Positions 51,084 through 63,586 are shown, numbered from the stretch's first letter. The stretch is DNA of 64,000 bases from Lepidodermella squamata (GCA_047495785.1 JBLDXI010000010.1:310001-374000); one strand, 5' to 3'. Translations and numbers: made by a program. Notes: generated by a model from the letters alone, not told the origin.

Positions 51084-53648
51084 TTACAAAAGGTTGAAAT
51101 AATTCAAGAATAGAAACAAGATAAATATGCGTTTTGACAGGTCACTAATTAATTGATTGGAACAAGATGAATTCGTTCGACTTGCTCCTCGCGACCTCAG
51201 CAAATCGGCCAAAACACTATCGTTTAGGCTAATCGCCCAATCGAGTGCTGACTTGCCAGTTGCATCTCTGGCATCTTTATTCGCACCTCTATCCAGCAAC
51301 AGTCGAACTACTTCAAGGTACCCATTCGCAGCCGCAACTAGCAACGCCGTCGAGCCATTTTTCTTCTTGGCATCGATGGCAGCATCCCGATCCAGCAACA
51401 GTCGAACTATTTCCAGTTCCCCATGCGAAGCAGCAATCATCAATGCCGTCCAGCCATCGTTATCCTTGGCCTCGATGGCAGCGTTGCGTTCCAGCAACAG
51501 TCGAACAACTTCCAGTCGCCCATTCGCAGCCGCAACTAGCAACGCCGTCCAGCCTTTTTTATTCTTGGCATCGATGGCAGCATCCCGATCCAGCAACAGT
51601 CGAACTATTTCCAGTTCCCCATGCGAAGCAGCAATCATCAATGCCGTCCAGCCATCGTTATCCTTGGCCTCGATGGCAGCGTTGCGTTCCAGCAACAGTC
51701 GAACAACTTCCAGTCGCCCATTCGCAGCCGCAACTAGCAACGCCGTCCAGCCTTTTTTATTCTTGGCATCGATGGCAGCGTTTCGATCCAGCAACAATCC
51801 AACCACTTTGACCTGTCCAAAACGCGCCGCAACCGTTAACACCGTCGCGCCATCTTTTTGTTTGGCCTCGATGGCAGCATTCCGATCCAGCAACAGTCGG
51901 GCAACTTCCAATTGCCCATTCCCAGCCGCCCACATTAACGCCGTCGTGCCATATTTATCCTTGGCATCGATGGTAGCGTTGCGATCCAGCAACAGTCGAA
52001 CAACTTCCACATGACCATTCGCAGCAGCTGTCATCAATGCCGTCCAGCCGTCGTTATTCCCGGCCTCGATGGCAGCATTCCGATCCAGCAACAGTCGAAC
52101 AACTTCCACATGACCATTCGCAGCAGCTGTCATCAATGCCGTCCAGCCGTCGTTATTCCCGGCCTCGATGGCAGCATTCCGATCCAGCATCAGTCGAACA
52201 ACTTCCACTCGCCCATTCCCAGCCGCCAACATTAACGCCGTCGTGCCATTGTTATTCTTGGCCTCGATCGCAGCATTCCGATCCAGCAACAGTTGAACAA
52301 CTTCGAGGTGCCCCTTTAAAGCCGCAACCATTAACGCAGTCACGCCCTCGTTAGTCTTGGCTTCGATGGTAGCATTCCGATCCAGCAACAGTCGAACTAT
52401 TTCCAATTCCCCATTCGAAGCCCCCAACATTAGCGCCGTCGTGCCGTTGTTATTCTTGGCCTCGATGGCAGCATTCCGATCCAGCAACAGTCGAACAACT
52501 TCCACTCGCCCATTTGCAGCCGCCCACATTAACACCGTAGTGCCATTGTTATTCTTGGCCTCGATGGCAGCATTCCGATCCAGCAACAGTCGAACAACTT
52601 CCAATTGCCCATACCAAGCCGCATCCATCAATGCCGTCCAGCCAGCAAGATCTTTGGCTTCGATAGCAGCCTTGTGGTCTAGCAACAGTTTAATGATTTC
52701 CAGTTGCCCATTCGAAGCCGCAGTCATCAATGCCGTCATACCATTGTTATCCTCCCTGTAATTCGTATCAGCTCCACGATCCACTAACAGCTGAGCAATT
52801 TCCAATCGCTGGTTCGATTGCACCGTATCGCACGTAACGCTGTGTAGCAGAGTGCCGTTCATCGTATCCCCATCACCACAGTAATAAGGCTTTGGGTTGC
52901 GCCAGTTCGGGTCGAATTTGCCGCCAGTGGATTCGTCGATCTCTGCAACGAGTTGCCGCACCTGCGCTACGTCGTCCGTGGAGTATGCTACATTCCACAA
53001 CTGTTCGTATACTTCGCTGATCTGAAAGTAACAAAAAGAAATTGAGATTCCCGGAGAGAATGATCGCTTAGTGAGGAAACTGGTGAAGCCGAAAACTTTT
53101 CATAAATGTTATCCTGCTAACAGGAATCGCCCGCTAATAATAGATACGCAGTAATATGAAATTGCCTATATTTACGGATCCGCTCGTGCACATTGATATC
53201 GTTATGATAGCTTCTGTTTAATAGCAACTATAGCAAGTAGGTTATCACTATTCGGGGCTTAAAAGAGATTTGGCTTAAAAATTGACAAAAAGTATTCTCG
53301 AGTTCGGCTGAAAGCGAAACGAAGGCCGGTATTTTAAATAAATCTTGCTAGCTTTAGTCTCTAGCCCTGTTGCACTTCGCTATATAATGAAAAAAGCTCA
53401 GCTATTTTCTCGACGTGGAAATTCGAGTTGGCAAATTCAAGTCTCTTGTGAGTGGAAATTCGAACTGCAAAGAAAGTGGTAAACGCCTTGGCTGACGCCG
53501 ATTATAATCGAGCAGCTGATAATAATCACCGTAACGCTGTGATAATATTCACTCTGATTGATCTTCGTAGAAAACTTACAGGTCTTTCCTGCCTCGTGAC
53601 GCAAGAAGCAGGCTGGAAGACGATTATAAATGCAATGAGAAGGAGCAT
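51084..53648 (-). CDS. Ankyrin-repeat protein with signal peptide and C-terminal GPI-like tail, copy 1 (668 aa, 2 exons)
   Basis: Exon 1 53648-53580 encodes MLLLIAFIIVFQPASCVTRQERP followed by gtaagt. Acceptor ttcag precedes 53021, phase 0. 15 internal 33-aa repeats plus caps. Ends SRTNSSCSNQLISDLSKRIFILFLFLNYFNLL. Confidence 0.88.
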
Positions 53649-54379
53649 TTTGAAAATTTTACAAGCAAAGCGGAGATATTACTAACAAAAGCCTCACAAA
53701 TCTTTCTTCGTGTGCGTGTGGACCTCCTAAGTGTATTTTTCTCTTTCCCTTTCTCTTTCAGTAATATAGATGACATACACGTGTAGAACACAATATTCAA
53801 AGCCTGTAACAGCAATTCTCAGCGGAGAAAAAACTCAGGCTATATCATTGTTAACATCCGGATCAAAAGCATGAACTCAGACCTAAAAGCCTGAATGTGA
53901 AAATTGTCGACCTACCTAGGTTCCCCTGATCTAGCGTTTTTATTTATCTATGCATTTGAGATAGATGAAGTTTAAGGGCTTTTAATTTCATGATTTGATA
54001 CCCCATGGAGCTTAATAACGCCAACACATCGAGTAAGCAGATCTCAAAGCGTCCACAACAGCGCACACATCTTCGAGTAGGCACGTTCAACGTCCCGGAG
54101 AACATTTTTCCGAGGAGATAAGAGGTTGGTATGTTGAGTACGATGGCTATGCTAAAAAGCAGGACGTCGCCGCTAAGCAGACAAACGAATTTGCCGCTCA
54201 GGAGTCAAAGTTGTCCACGGCGAAACGGCCAAAGTTGATTGTAACGATATCCTGAAAAAACCCTAAAAAAATCCGCGCATTTGAGACCCGATGTCATGCA
54301 TCCGTGCTCGGCGCTCGGCGACGCTTGGGTTTGCCTTGTTTTCCCTCTTTGGTAGTGATTATTCACTGTTCTTATTTAG

Positions 54380-54760
54380 ATGCATGACAAAAGCGATCGC
54401 CGACGCAATTGAAACCGTATGAGGTCCGGATATGGTCCAGGCCAACTGCTGGCCCCACGTAACACGTAATTACGACAAGCGCCTGTTATGGAAGAAAATC
54501 CGAACGACCGCGAAAACAAGAAAGAAATGGCCGTAGCGCGAAGCAAACATCAGTCCGTTTGATGGTTTCATTGGTTGGCCGATATGATCGAGTATTTCAG
54601 ATATTTCGGAGACCCGTTCATAAACTCAGCTACCATGGGAACGAGAATGCCGTGCCCGACTGTCCGGCCACTAATAACACTATCGAGTCACTCTATTTCA
54701 AAAGCAGTCCGTAAAACGTTGATTAGAAATGACGACGAAGTTATGCCTTTCTGGTCTACT
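54380..54760 (+). mobile_element. Decayed MULE/Mutator transposase fragment
   Basis: KAIADAIETV*GPDMVQANCWPHVTRN (CxxH motif) and a later TNNTIES motif, with stops and frameshifts. Confidence 0.6.
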
Positions 54761-55169
54761 TTCCGGCGGCCTAATGTCGGTGCTGATTTCAAGAAGAACG
54801 GGTTCCATCTATCTGGGAAAATTGATGAGAAGTTTCCTCGAAATATGAAAATTTAGGCAGCCAACGGTTTTTTCGCCGAAGACCAGATCGTCATGGGGGT
54901 CTACGTATGGCGAAACTGAGAACCGGAGAATACGAAGCATCTGTTTTCCACTTATTAGCATAGTTTGGCGATATAATTTCAATAATATCGGGTTTGCTAT
55001 GTTCTGCTTTAGCTCTGCGACAAAACTATCAAATTTTGCGGCTTTTGTGAGAAGTGAAGTGCGCACGGATGAATTTCTTCTGCGCGACACTTTCAATTAT
55101 AATGCTCGCGTTATTGAATTGAATTGCGCGACGTTTTGGGCTCCTCTCATATTTGTTGGTGATATCAAT

Positions 55170-55866
55170 TCAGGGGCTGAGACCTTCCGACTCCGCTGGC
55201 TCTGTGCTAGCGAATTTGAAGCTCCATTTCGTCGGCTTCTCTCTGTCAAATCGAACAGCTTTTGCTTTTCCTGTGGCAGTAGTTATTTGCATTTGTTCTT
55301 TGTTTTCATTGTTGACCAATAACGCTGCCTCAAGAAGTTTGAAGGCAGTTTCCATGGTTACCAAACCGGCGAGTAAATAAACCAACGACTTGTGACTTGT
55401 GGAGAATCGAAGTCTCGTATTCATGGGCCATGAGCAAAATTTCGATCGCCATGTCCAGGGTCAGCTCTTTGACAGCCAATGATCGGGTGTAGAAAAATTT
55501 GAGAAATGGCTTGAAAGCTCGAGCGGTTTTTCCTGGTAAAGGAATGGGATCGGTTTTATCGACTGATTCCTTGAAATTGCCACTGAGTAGCAATTTTTCG
55601 AAAACAGGAGATTGAACGGCTAAAATTGCGCGATGAGCTGTGAATTGTCGCCGTTCAACGATGAAAATCACATCAGTGTACAAGCCTTCGTTGAATAATT
55701 TTTCGGTGAAATCGGTGCTTGACAATTCTGCCTGACGATATCGCGAGCGTTGAGAAATTTCAGAGAAATTGAGGGCGGATTTTCATCAGAATTCGAATGT
55801 TCATTCAGCGATGATTTCTCTGCAGGGTCTCCCAGTCGGTGCTGGGAACAAATCAGCGATCATCAT
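55170..55866 (-). pseudogene. Chimeric BTB pseudogene (copy C exon 1 fused to copy B last exon)
   Basis: 55303-55866 matches 46425-46981 and 55160-55300 matches 42600-42735. Frameshift from a 7-bp duplication at 55387-55400. Confidence 0.88.
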
Positions 55867-57087
55867 TTCTGGTAAAGGTTGCTGATCTTTAAAAAAATTG
55901 AAATGCCCGACATTGAAAAAATCAGCTTTTAATATCATTGTATTTGAAATTTTGGCACGCGATGAATGATGAATGGGGCCGCATGTTTGAAATCTTGCTA
56001 GATAAGCACCAGCTGTTTAGCTAAATTTGTTTAGTTAAAATAGGTTTCCATTTTCATTCTGGAATCTCATGGCTTCATACCTATAGTGAAATGGGTCAAC
56101 AAAGTCCAACATCTTTTGCTCTTTATTTTTAGAACTTCATGGGTTAGGGATTCCCGCCGTGAAGTCGGCCACTCTGCCAGCGTGGTGAAATTATAGAAAA
56201 TATCCGGCCATACAGAATTATAGAGGAGTTTTTGGCTATCGAATGTCGGTATCCGCAAGTCCGGATGATTCTGCCATGATTCATGGCTCATTTCATAGTC
56301 ACCTGGAGGTCACCTGACGGAATTTGGCAGCCGGGTGCCCAAATTCTGGCCACCTCATCCAGTTACGCTAAAACCTTATAAGTTTGATACCGTTAAATTC
56401 GTCTCGACAAGTCGAGTGTGGAAATCGCCTTTGTTGCTGTACCTGTCAGCCTTTTCCTTGACAACGTGATGCCTGAACGTCTGGTGTTTTTTGTAACGAA
56501 GCACTTTGGAAACGGCATGAGCCCCATTCAGAATTCCATTCAAATCATTGACAGCCACACGCATGGAATCTGCTACCCCGCTGTAAGGATCTGCCGGCTG
56601 GCATCGTGCCATCGAACTAACTAGCTTGTGATAATAATCATGTGTCATGTGATCATCAATTAGGCAACGCCATGTTCGCTGTAGTTATTTCTATATGATA
56701 TTTAAGGCCATGAATGGCAGATCCTCAATGTTCGATTCATTCACAATAAAGTATAGAGTAGTGCCTGGCCAAGTCTTGATGTTTCCCTGACACCCGCATA
56801 GGCCTTGACACGTTTGAAATGGTATAATTTAAAACCTGAAAAGCAATGATTTTACCACAATGAGTTGGAATTCATGCTCCTTTTCGATCTACAGGGGATC
56901 TTCGTGATAGTTTGGACCTCTAGATTTGATATAGTATTCATTAGTATTCATTATAATCCTAATCAGGTAGATGTAGTTTATTAGGCATGTGCTCTACTTT
57001 CCGCATCGCATTTCAAAAATATGTATTCCTGTACAAAATGTTTTACTCGATTATAGACTACAGCCGATTAGTTAGGATTAAAGGTTG

Positions 57088-57499
57088 CAAGGAGCAAGTG
57101 GTCGAGCGGTCCAAGCACCTCACTGACGGCGAAGAGGCACGGGTTCAATACCCAGAACCGCAACACCAATCATTCCTCTACGCATTGAATGCGGCGTTTC
57201 TGGGACCGTTAATCAAGCTGACAGGAAGACGTGTCGCCGACGACCACAATCCTCGAGTGCGTACCTGCTGGTAACACCGCCAAGCAAATCCACCCGTGAC
57301 CGCGGTTTCCTCCCTCCCGGTGTAGGACGCCATTCACCGGCAATCAAGATATGGCTACTCAGCACGCAAAGTCTGGGGACCATGGTTCGACCATCAACCA
57401 TGGGAATAGTGGACTCATAAGCCTTGTGATGATGTCTGATACCAAATGCTAAATGTCGAAAGGCAACTTGCATGAATAAAGAGTATGAGTATGAGTATG
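57088..57499 (+). mobile_element. tRNA-derived SINE
   Basis: A box TGGTCGAGCGG at 57099-57109, B box GGTTCAATACC at 57142-57152, AATAAA then a (GAGTAT)3 tail, possible TSD AGGTTG. Confidence 0.75.
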
Positions 57500-57531
57500 A
57501 GGTTGTATTTTATGTACATTTATTATAGGTG

Positions 57532-60423
57532 TTACAAAAGGTTGCAAAAATTCAAAAAGAGAAATAAGATTAATATGCGCTTTGACTCGTTACTAATTAA
57601 TTGATTGGAACAAGATGAATTTGCTCGACTTGCTCCTCGCGATCTCAGCAAAGCGGCCGTAGCAGTACTGTTTAGACTTATCGCCCAATCGAGTGCTGAC
57701 TTGCCATCAGCATCTCTGGCATCCTTATTCGCACCTCTATCCAGCAGCAGTCGAACAACTTTCACTTCCGCATCCGAAATCGCAAGCTGCAACTCCGTCA
57801 TGCCAGTGTTATTCTTGGACTCGTTGGCAGCATTACGCCCCAGCAACAGTCGGAAAGCTGCCATTTCCTCATTCCAAACCGCCCAAATCAATGCCGTCCG
57901 GCCGTCGCTACTCTTGGCCTCGATGGAAGCGTTGCGATCTAGCAACAGTCGAACAACTTCGACAAACACATTTCTAGCCGCCCAAATCAACGCCGTCTTG
58001 CCATCATTATCGCTGGTCTCAATGGCAGCGTGGCGATCAAGCAACAGTCCAACTACTTCGAGGTGCCCCTTTAAAGCTGCATTCATTAACGCCGTCACGC
58101 CATTGTTATCCATGGCGTCGATGGCAGCGTTGCGATCTAGCAAAAGTCGAACAACTTCGACATACCCATTTCTAGCCGCCCAAATCAATGCCGTCTTGCC
58201 ATCATTATCTTTGATCTCAATGGCAGCGTTGCGATCCAGCAACAGTCGGGCCGTTTCCACTTTCCCTGCTGCAGCCGCAGTCATCAACGCCGTCCCGCCA
58301 GCAGGATCCTTGGCGTCGATAGTAGCGTTGCGATCCAGCAACAGTTGAACAATGTCCACTCGCCCTGTCGAGGCTGCACACGTCAACGTCGTCCAGCCAC
58401 CAGGATCCATGGCGTCGGTCGCAGCGCTGCGATCTAGCAACAGTCGGACCGCTTCCACGTGCCCGTTCAAAGCCGCCAACCTCAACGCTGTCCGGCCGTC
58501 GTAATTTGTGGCTTCGATGGAAGCGTTGCGATCCAGCAACAGTCGAACTATTTCCTGTTGCCCATTCTCAGCCGCATACATTAACGCCGTCATGCCGGTG
58601 GAGTTATTTTCGGTCTCGATGGAAGCGTTGCGATCCAGCAGCAGTCTAACTACTTCGAGGTGCCCATATAAAGCCGCAATCATCAACGCCGTGACGCCAT
58701 TTTTATCCTTGGCCTCGATGGAAGCGTTGCGATCTAGCAAAAGTCGAATAGCTTCCACTTGTCCTTTATAAGCCGCAATCATCAATGCCGTCCAGCCATC
58801 AGATTCTTTGGCCTCGATGGTAGCGTTGCGATCCAGCAACAGTTGAACAATGTCCACAAGCCCATTCGAAGCCGCAAGATGCAACGGCGTCCAGCCATTT
58901 TTATTCTTGGCATCGATGGCAGCATTGCGATCCAGCAACAAACCAAGTATTTCAAGTTGCCCACTTCTAGCCGCCAACATCATCGCCGTCCAGCCGTCGT
59001 AATTTTTGGCCTCGATATCAGCATTGCGATCCAGCAACAGTCGAACAACTTCCACTTGTCCATTATAAGCCGCAATCATCAATGCCGTCCAGCCAGCAGA
59101 TTCTTTGGCCTCGATGGTAGCGTTGCGATCCAGCAACAGTTGAACAACGTCCACAAGCCCATTCGAAGCCGCAAGATGCAACGACGTCCAGCCATTTTTA
59201 TTCTTGGCATCGATATCAGCATTGCGATCCAGCAACAGTCGAACAACTTCCATATGCCCATACGCAGCCGCACACATTAACGCCGTCGCTCCATTGTTAT
59301 TCTTGGCCTCGATGGCAGCCTTGCGGTCTAGCAACAGTTGAATTAATTCCAGTTGCCCATTCCTAGCCACATACATCAGCGCCGTCATGCCATATCTAGT
59401 TTCTCTGTAATTCGTATCAGCTCCACGATCCAATAACAGCTGAGCAATTTGCAATCGCTGGTTTGATTGCACCGTATTGCACGTAACACTGTGTAGCAGA
59501 GTGCCGTTCATCACATCCCCATCACCACAGTAATAAGGGTTTGGGTTGCGCCAGTTCGGGTCGAATTTGCCGCCAGTGGATTCGTCGATCTCTGCAACGA
59601 GTTGCCGCACCTGCGCTACGTCGTCCGTGGAATATGTTACATTCCACAGCTGTTCGTATACTTCGCTGATCTGAAGTAACAAAAAAGAAATTGAGATTCC
59701 TGGAGAGAAAGATCGTTCAGAGAGGAAGATGATGCAAAAAACTAGACGAAATTATTTTTCAGATCACAAATTTTCATAACAAATATCATGATACCAGGAA
59801 TCGATTTACTAATCCGCTGTGTTTCCTCTGGCTACTACAAAGTAGTTTTGTGGCTCAGTTTTCATTAAAATTATAGCTTGTAAGCGATTGTTCGATCTCA
59901 AGTTAAACGCGTAAAATGCATCGTTGCGACTCTGCGCAACATTGAAAAAACAATGCAAAACTGTAATCCGCACTTTCTCGTTAAGGTGAAAGATCGGAGT
60001 ATAGCTCATGTCTACAAGAAGTTGATATTTTTCTCCAAGAGTGAAATTATAACAACAAGTCGTTTACTAACAAGTTGTGCACATTTATTTCGGTGCGGTA
60101 GCTTCTGTTTTGCAGTAACTATAGCAAGTACATATCAGGATACATATCACCATTCAGGGCCTAAAATGATTCCCTTTGGCTCTACTCTCTAGCCGTGTTG
60201 CACTTCGTTATACAAGAAAAACGCTCAGCTTAATTTTTCTAAGTGCGAATTTGAGTTGGCTGACTCCGATCATAATCGAGTAGCTGAGAATACTCTCCGT
60301 AACGCATTAATAATCTTCAATCTTCACTCTGATTGATCTTAGTAGAAAACTTACAGGTCTTCGCTGCCTCGGGACGCAAGAAACGGGCTGGAAGACGATT
60401 ATAAAAGCTATGAGAAGGCGCAT
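57532..60423 (-). CDS. Ankyrin-repeat protein with signal peptide and C-terminal GPI-like tail, copy 2 (735 aa, 2 exons)
   Basis: Exon 1 60423-60355 encodes MRLLIAFIIVFQPVSCVPRQRRP followed by gtaagt. Exon 2 is 59670-57532. 17 internal repeats. Ends SRANSSCSNQLISNESKRILILFLFLNFCNLL. Confidence 0.88.
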
Positions 60424-60956
60424 TTTGAAAATTGTACAAGCAAAACTGAGATACAGCTACCAATAAAGGCTTTATAAATCCTTCTTCGTGTGCACATTGA
60501 CCTTCCTCAAAGTGTATTCTTCGTATATTAAGTTTTTTCTCTTTCTGTAATATAGATGACATACACGTGTAGAATACATTATTCACAGCCTGTAACGGTA
60601 ATACTCAGCGGAGAAAAACTCATGTTGCATTGTTAACATCCGGATCGAGAGCATGAACTCAAGACCTAAAAACCTGAATGTGTAAAATTGTCGACCTCGC
60701 ATTTGTGATAGACTAAATTAATCTAATGGGTTTTAATTTCACGTTTTGATGACAATCTGGCTAGATTGCCAGATGAGATATGATATTGTTGCCTTTTGCT
60801 CACAAAAAGGCCCGGAAACCGGAAAGTCTTAAAAACATTCGGGTATTCCTTTCCGTTTAGATAAAAAAGCTATATCAACACTGCGCAATACATGATGAAC
60901 CCGCTAAACATTGGTTTCCCGTTATCAGACCTAGTTCTATTATACAGTAGGAAAGC

Positions 60957-61914
60957 ATGTCACAGTGGGGTATCGCTAACAAAGTCTGCATGGTGACAGG
61001 CTCTAACACAGGCATTGGTAAAGCCACAGCACTTGAACTTGCAAAACGTGGCGCTGCGAAAATTATTCTTGCATGCCGCAATGTCAAAGCCGCCGAAGAG
61101 GTTGCTGCGGAGATCAGGTCAAAAATTGGAGCAACAAAAGCCGAATGTGTTGTGGCAAAGCGCTTGGACCTGTCTTCTCTTGAATCAATCCGCAAATTTG
61201 CGGCGGATATCAACCAAAACGAGCCGGCTTTGAATGTTTTGGTTAACAATGCTGGCCTTGAGCAGCCTGAAAAGACGCTGAGTGCTAATGGCTACGAGCT
61301 TACTTTCGCCACTAATCATTTGGGTTATTGTGATTTGAGTACAACCTACACGCTCAATTGAAATTTCTGTTTCAAACTCAGGCCATTTTCTTCTGACAAA
61401 TTTGCTGACCGATTTGCTGAAAAGATCAGCACCAAGTCGGGTTGTTAATGTGGCATCTATTATGTATATGGCAACTTGGCCTTCCGGGTTGGATGTCGAA
61501 GATCATTTCCAAGACAAAAGGTCCTATGGTATGTGGCGAGCATACTGCCAATCAAAACTCGCGAATATTCTTCATGCAAGGGAGCTACATCGAAGGTTGA
61601 ATGGAAGTGAACCTGGCAATGCGCCAAGTTCGGGCGTTTCTGTGTTTTCGTTGCATCCTGGCGTAGTCAAAACTGATTTCTTGCGCTACCGGACAGGCTA
61701 CAGTGCATCCTACATGCGCTTTTTGGTTTCCTACGGTTCGACTGTGGAACAGGGAGCTAAGACGAACGTGTATTGCGCGTGCCAACCGGGGATCGAGAAG
61801 CATTCTGGATTGTATTTTGACGAATACGGCGTGAAATCCACATTGGCTATCGCCCGTGATGATGTCAAGGCTAAAGCTCTGTGGGAGCTGAGTGAGAAAC
61901 TAGTTGCGAAATAA
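60957..61914 (+). CDS. Short-chain dehydrogenase/reductase, retinol dehydrogenase 11-14-like, 2 exons
   Basis: TGSNTGIG, NNAG, FATNHLG|HFLLT across intron 61324-61381, YCQSK, LHPGVV. Confidence 0.92.
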
Positions 61915-62154
61915 TAAAATATGCTCGCCGTTATTTCGGAACGTTTTATTATCATTTTCTCAGAATAAGAGGTTTCGGAAAAAAATCAGAGTTGCCAGAA
62001 AATCGATAACCAGTAATCGATAATCACTGATTTTTCAGCTAATAAAGAGGTTTTCCCCATTTTGACTCGTAATTCGTGTTTTTCAGGTGCTAAATGACAT
62101 AGATGACATGAAGTCATTCACTCAACGAGAAAAAATCGTAAAAAAGTGATACTT

Positions 62155-62270
62155 CTGCATACGCAAATATGTGTGTACGGTAAATTTCTGCAAAAATTCG
62201 TATACGCAAATACGCTTATAAGGTAAATTTCTGCAAATTTTCATTTACGCAAATGTGCGTATGTGGTACG
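62155..62270. repeat. Degenerate minisatellite, unit about 47 bp, about 2.5 copies
   Basis: Recurring TACGCAAAT...GGTAAATTTCTGCAAA. Confidence 0.6.
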
Positions 62271-62519
62271 TAGAGTGTTAACATCGGCCGCAGCAACTTA
62301 TTTTCCAAGTAGCTAATTTTTTTCCAAGTCAACTTGCGACGAGAAAATTCAAAATTGAAACCCATTACCTACCATTGTTTTTAAGAATCAGCTGAATAAC
62401 CATAAATTGGAAAAAGATAGTATCCAAGAACTGAGAGCTACTATCTTATCTATTAGCCGAGATATGAGGTTGAGCGTGGTTTTATAATCTTTCGCTATGC
62501 TGCGAAGAGTGAGGCCAAG

Positions 62520-63250
62520 ATGGACAGCGACGATTCTGAAGAGTCTAATTCAAGCTGTAAGTACGAAACCGCATCTGAAGGACTTGAAGACTTAATTTCT
62601 TTAACCCTTGATAAAACTGGCAACAATGACGGTGATAAAGCGGTGGACGCGGAGGATCCACTACTGCTGGTTTCGAAGCTAATTCTAGAATTAAGAGATG
62701 AGTCAAGGAAAGAGCAGGCGATTGCACGGAAAGCTGTTGAAGAGCTGCGGTCAAAGCAGTCCAAGCAAGATGCTGCATTGAAACGATTGGAAAACAAGTT
62801 TTCATTCCATTATGAAATATTGGTTCGACGATGGTGTACAACTGACCTCACTCAACGGCCCACTAACATAAAAATAACAACTTTGAACGAATTGGCGGAG
62901 GCGGTATTGCATCAAACTGGTCCGAAACAAGACAGAGAAAAGCTGAAACGGTTAGGATTGGAGCGCTTAAAACTCAAAACTCTAGTTTGCATTCAAGAAG
63001 CATTAATTCCTACATCTTGAATACGAAGTTTTAATTGTAGGATATAGCGAAAAATTGGAAGATGGAGTACCCAAGTACGAGGAGGATGGCTCATTTTGAG
63101 AAGCAGTTGAAGCAGTGTGATGAGCTACTCGGAGACGAACGAAGGTCGGAAGAATTGGATGCTTTTCTCACCGACAAATTTGGTTTCAAGTGTATGAGTT
63201 CCTTAGCTTACTCAACGGCTGTAAGTTTTGCCCAAATGATAGCTGAGTAA
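62520..63250 (+). CDS. Hypothetical coiled-coil protein, probably 2 exons
   Basis: 166-aa ORF with an acidic N-terminus and heptad-like stretch. Candidate acceptor at ~63040 before a second ORF. Donor not established. Confidence 0.35.
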
Positions 63251-63497
63251 CAATTTTGGGGGTGCTTATTCAGTTTACCCCAATTTTTTATGTACTATTT
63301 TCCATTTGTAACTGAAAGATAGTTATACCTACACGAGCATGGTAAAATTTTGCGATTGGAAATTAAGCAAACTTGATGGCACAGCATCAGAAACACTTTT
63401 CCTGTACGAATGACCGTGTAAATTGAGGTTCCGAAGATGAACTCTCCTAACTCGCCAATCTCGCTCGGGGTTTCAGATCGCGGGAAAATGTCCTAAT

Positions 63498-63586
63498 TTC
63501 TCTATGGCTAGCTATAGAATAATCAATAATCCTATTTTCTCTATGGCTAGCTATAGAATAATCAATAATCCTATTTTCTCTATGGC
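63498..63586. repeat. 39-bp tandem duplication
   Basis: TTCTCTATGGCTAGCTATAGAATAATCAATAATCCTATT twice, plus a partial third copy. Confidence 0.85.

Noticed and set aside
51245-52760. 99-bp periodic repeats as a CRISPR-like array
   Set aside because: They are coding ankyrin modules in a eukaryotic gene, with no repeat-spacer structure and no cas genes.
57091-57165. tRNA gene
   Set aside because: A and B boxes are present, but there is no proper cloverleaf and it continues into a SINE body and tail.
57421-57470. Hammerhead ribozyme (GTGATGA...GAAA)
   Set aside because: The core is not CTGATGA and stem II does not pair.
51157-59280. Long plus-strand ORFs with SSNSRTTS repeats
   Set aside because: They are antisense shadows of the ankyrin repeats.
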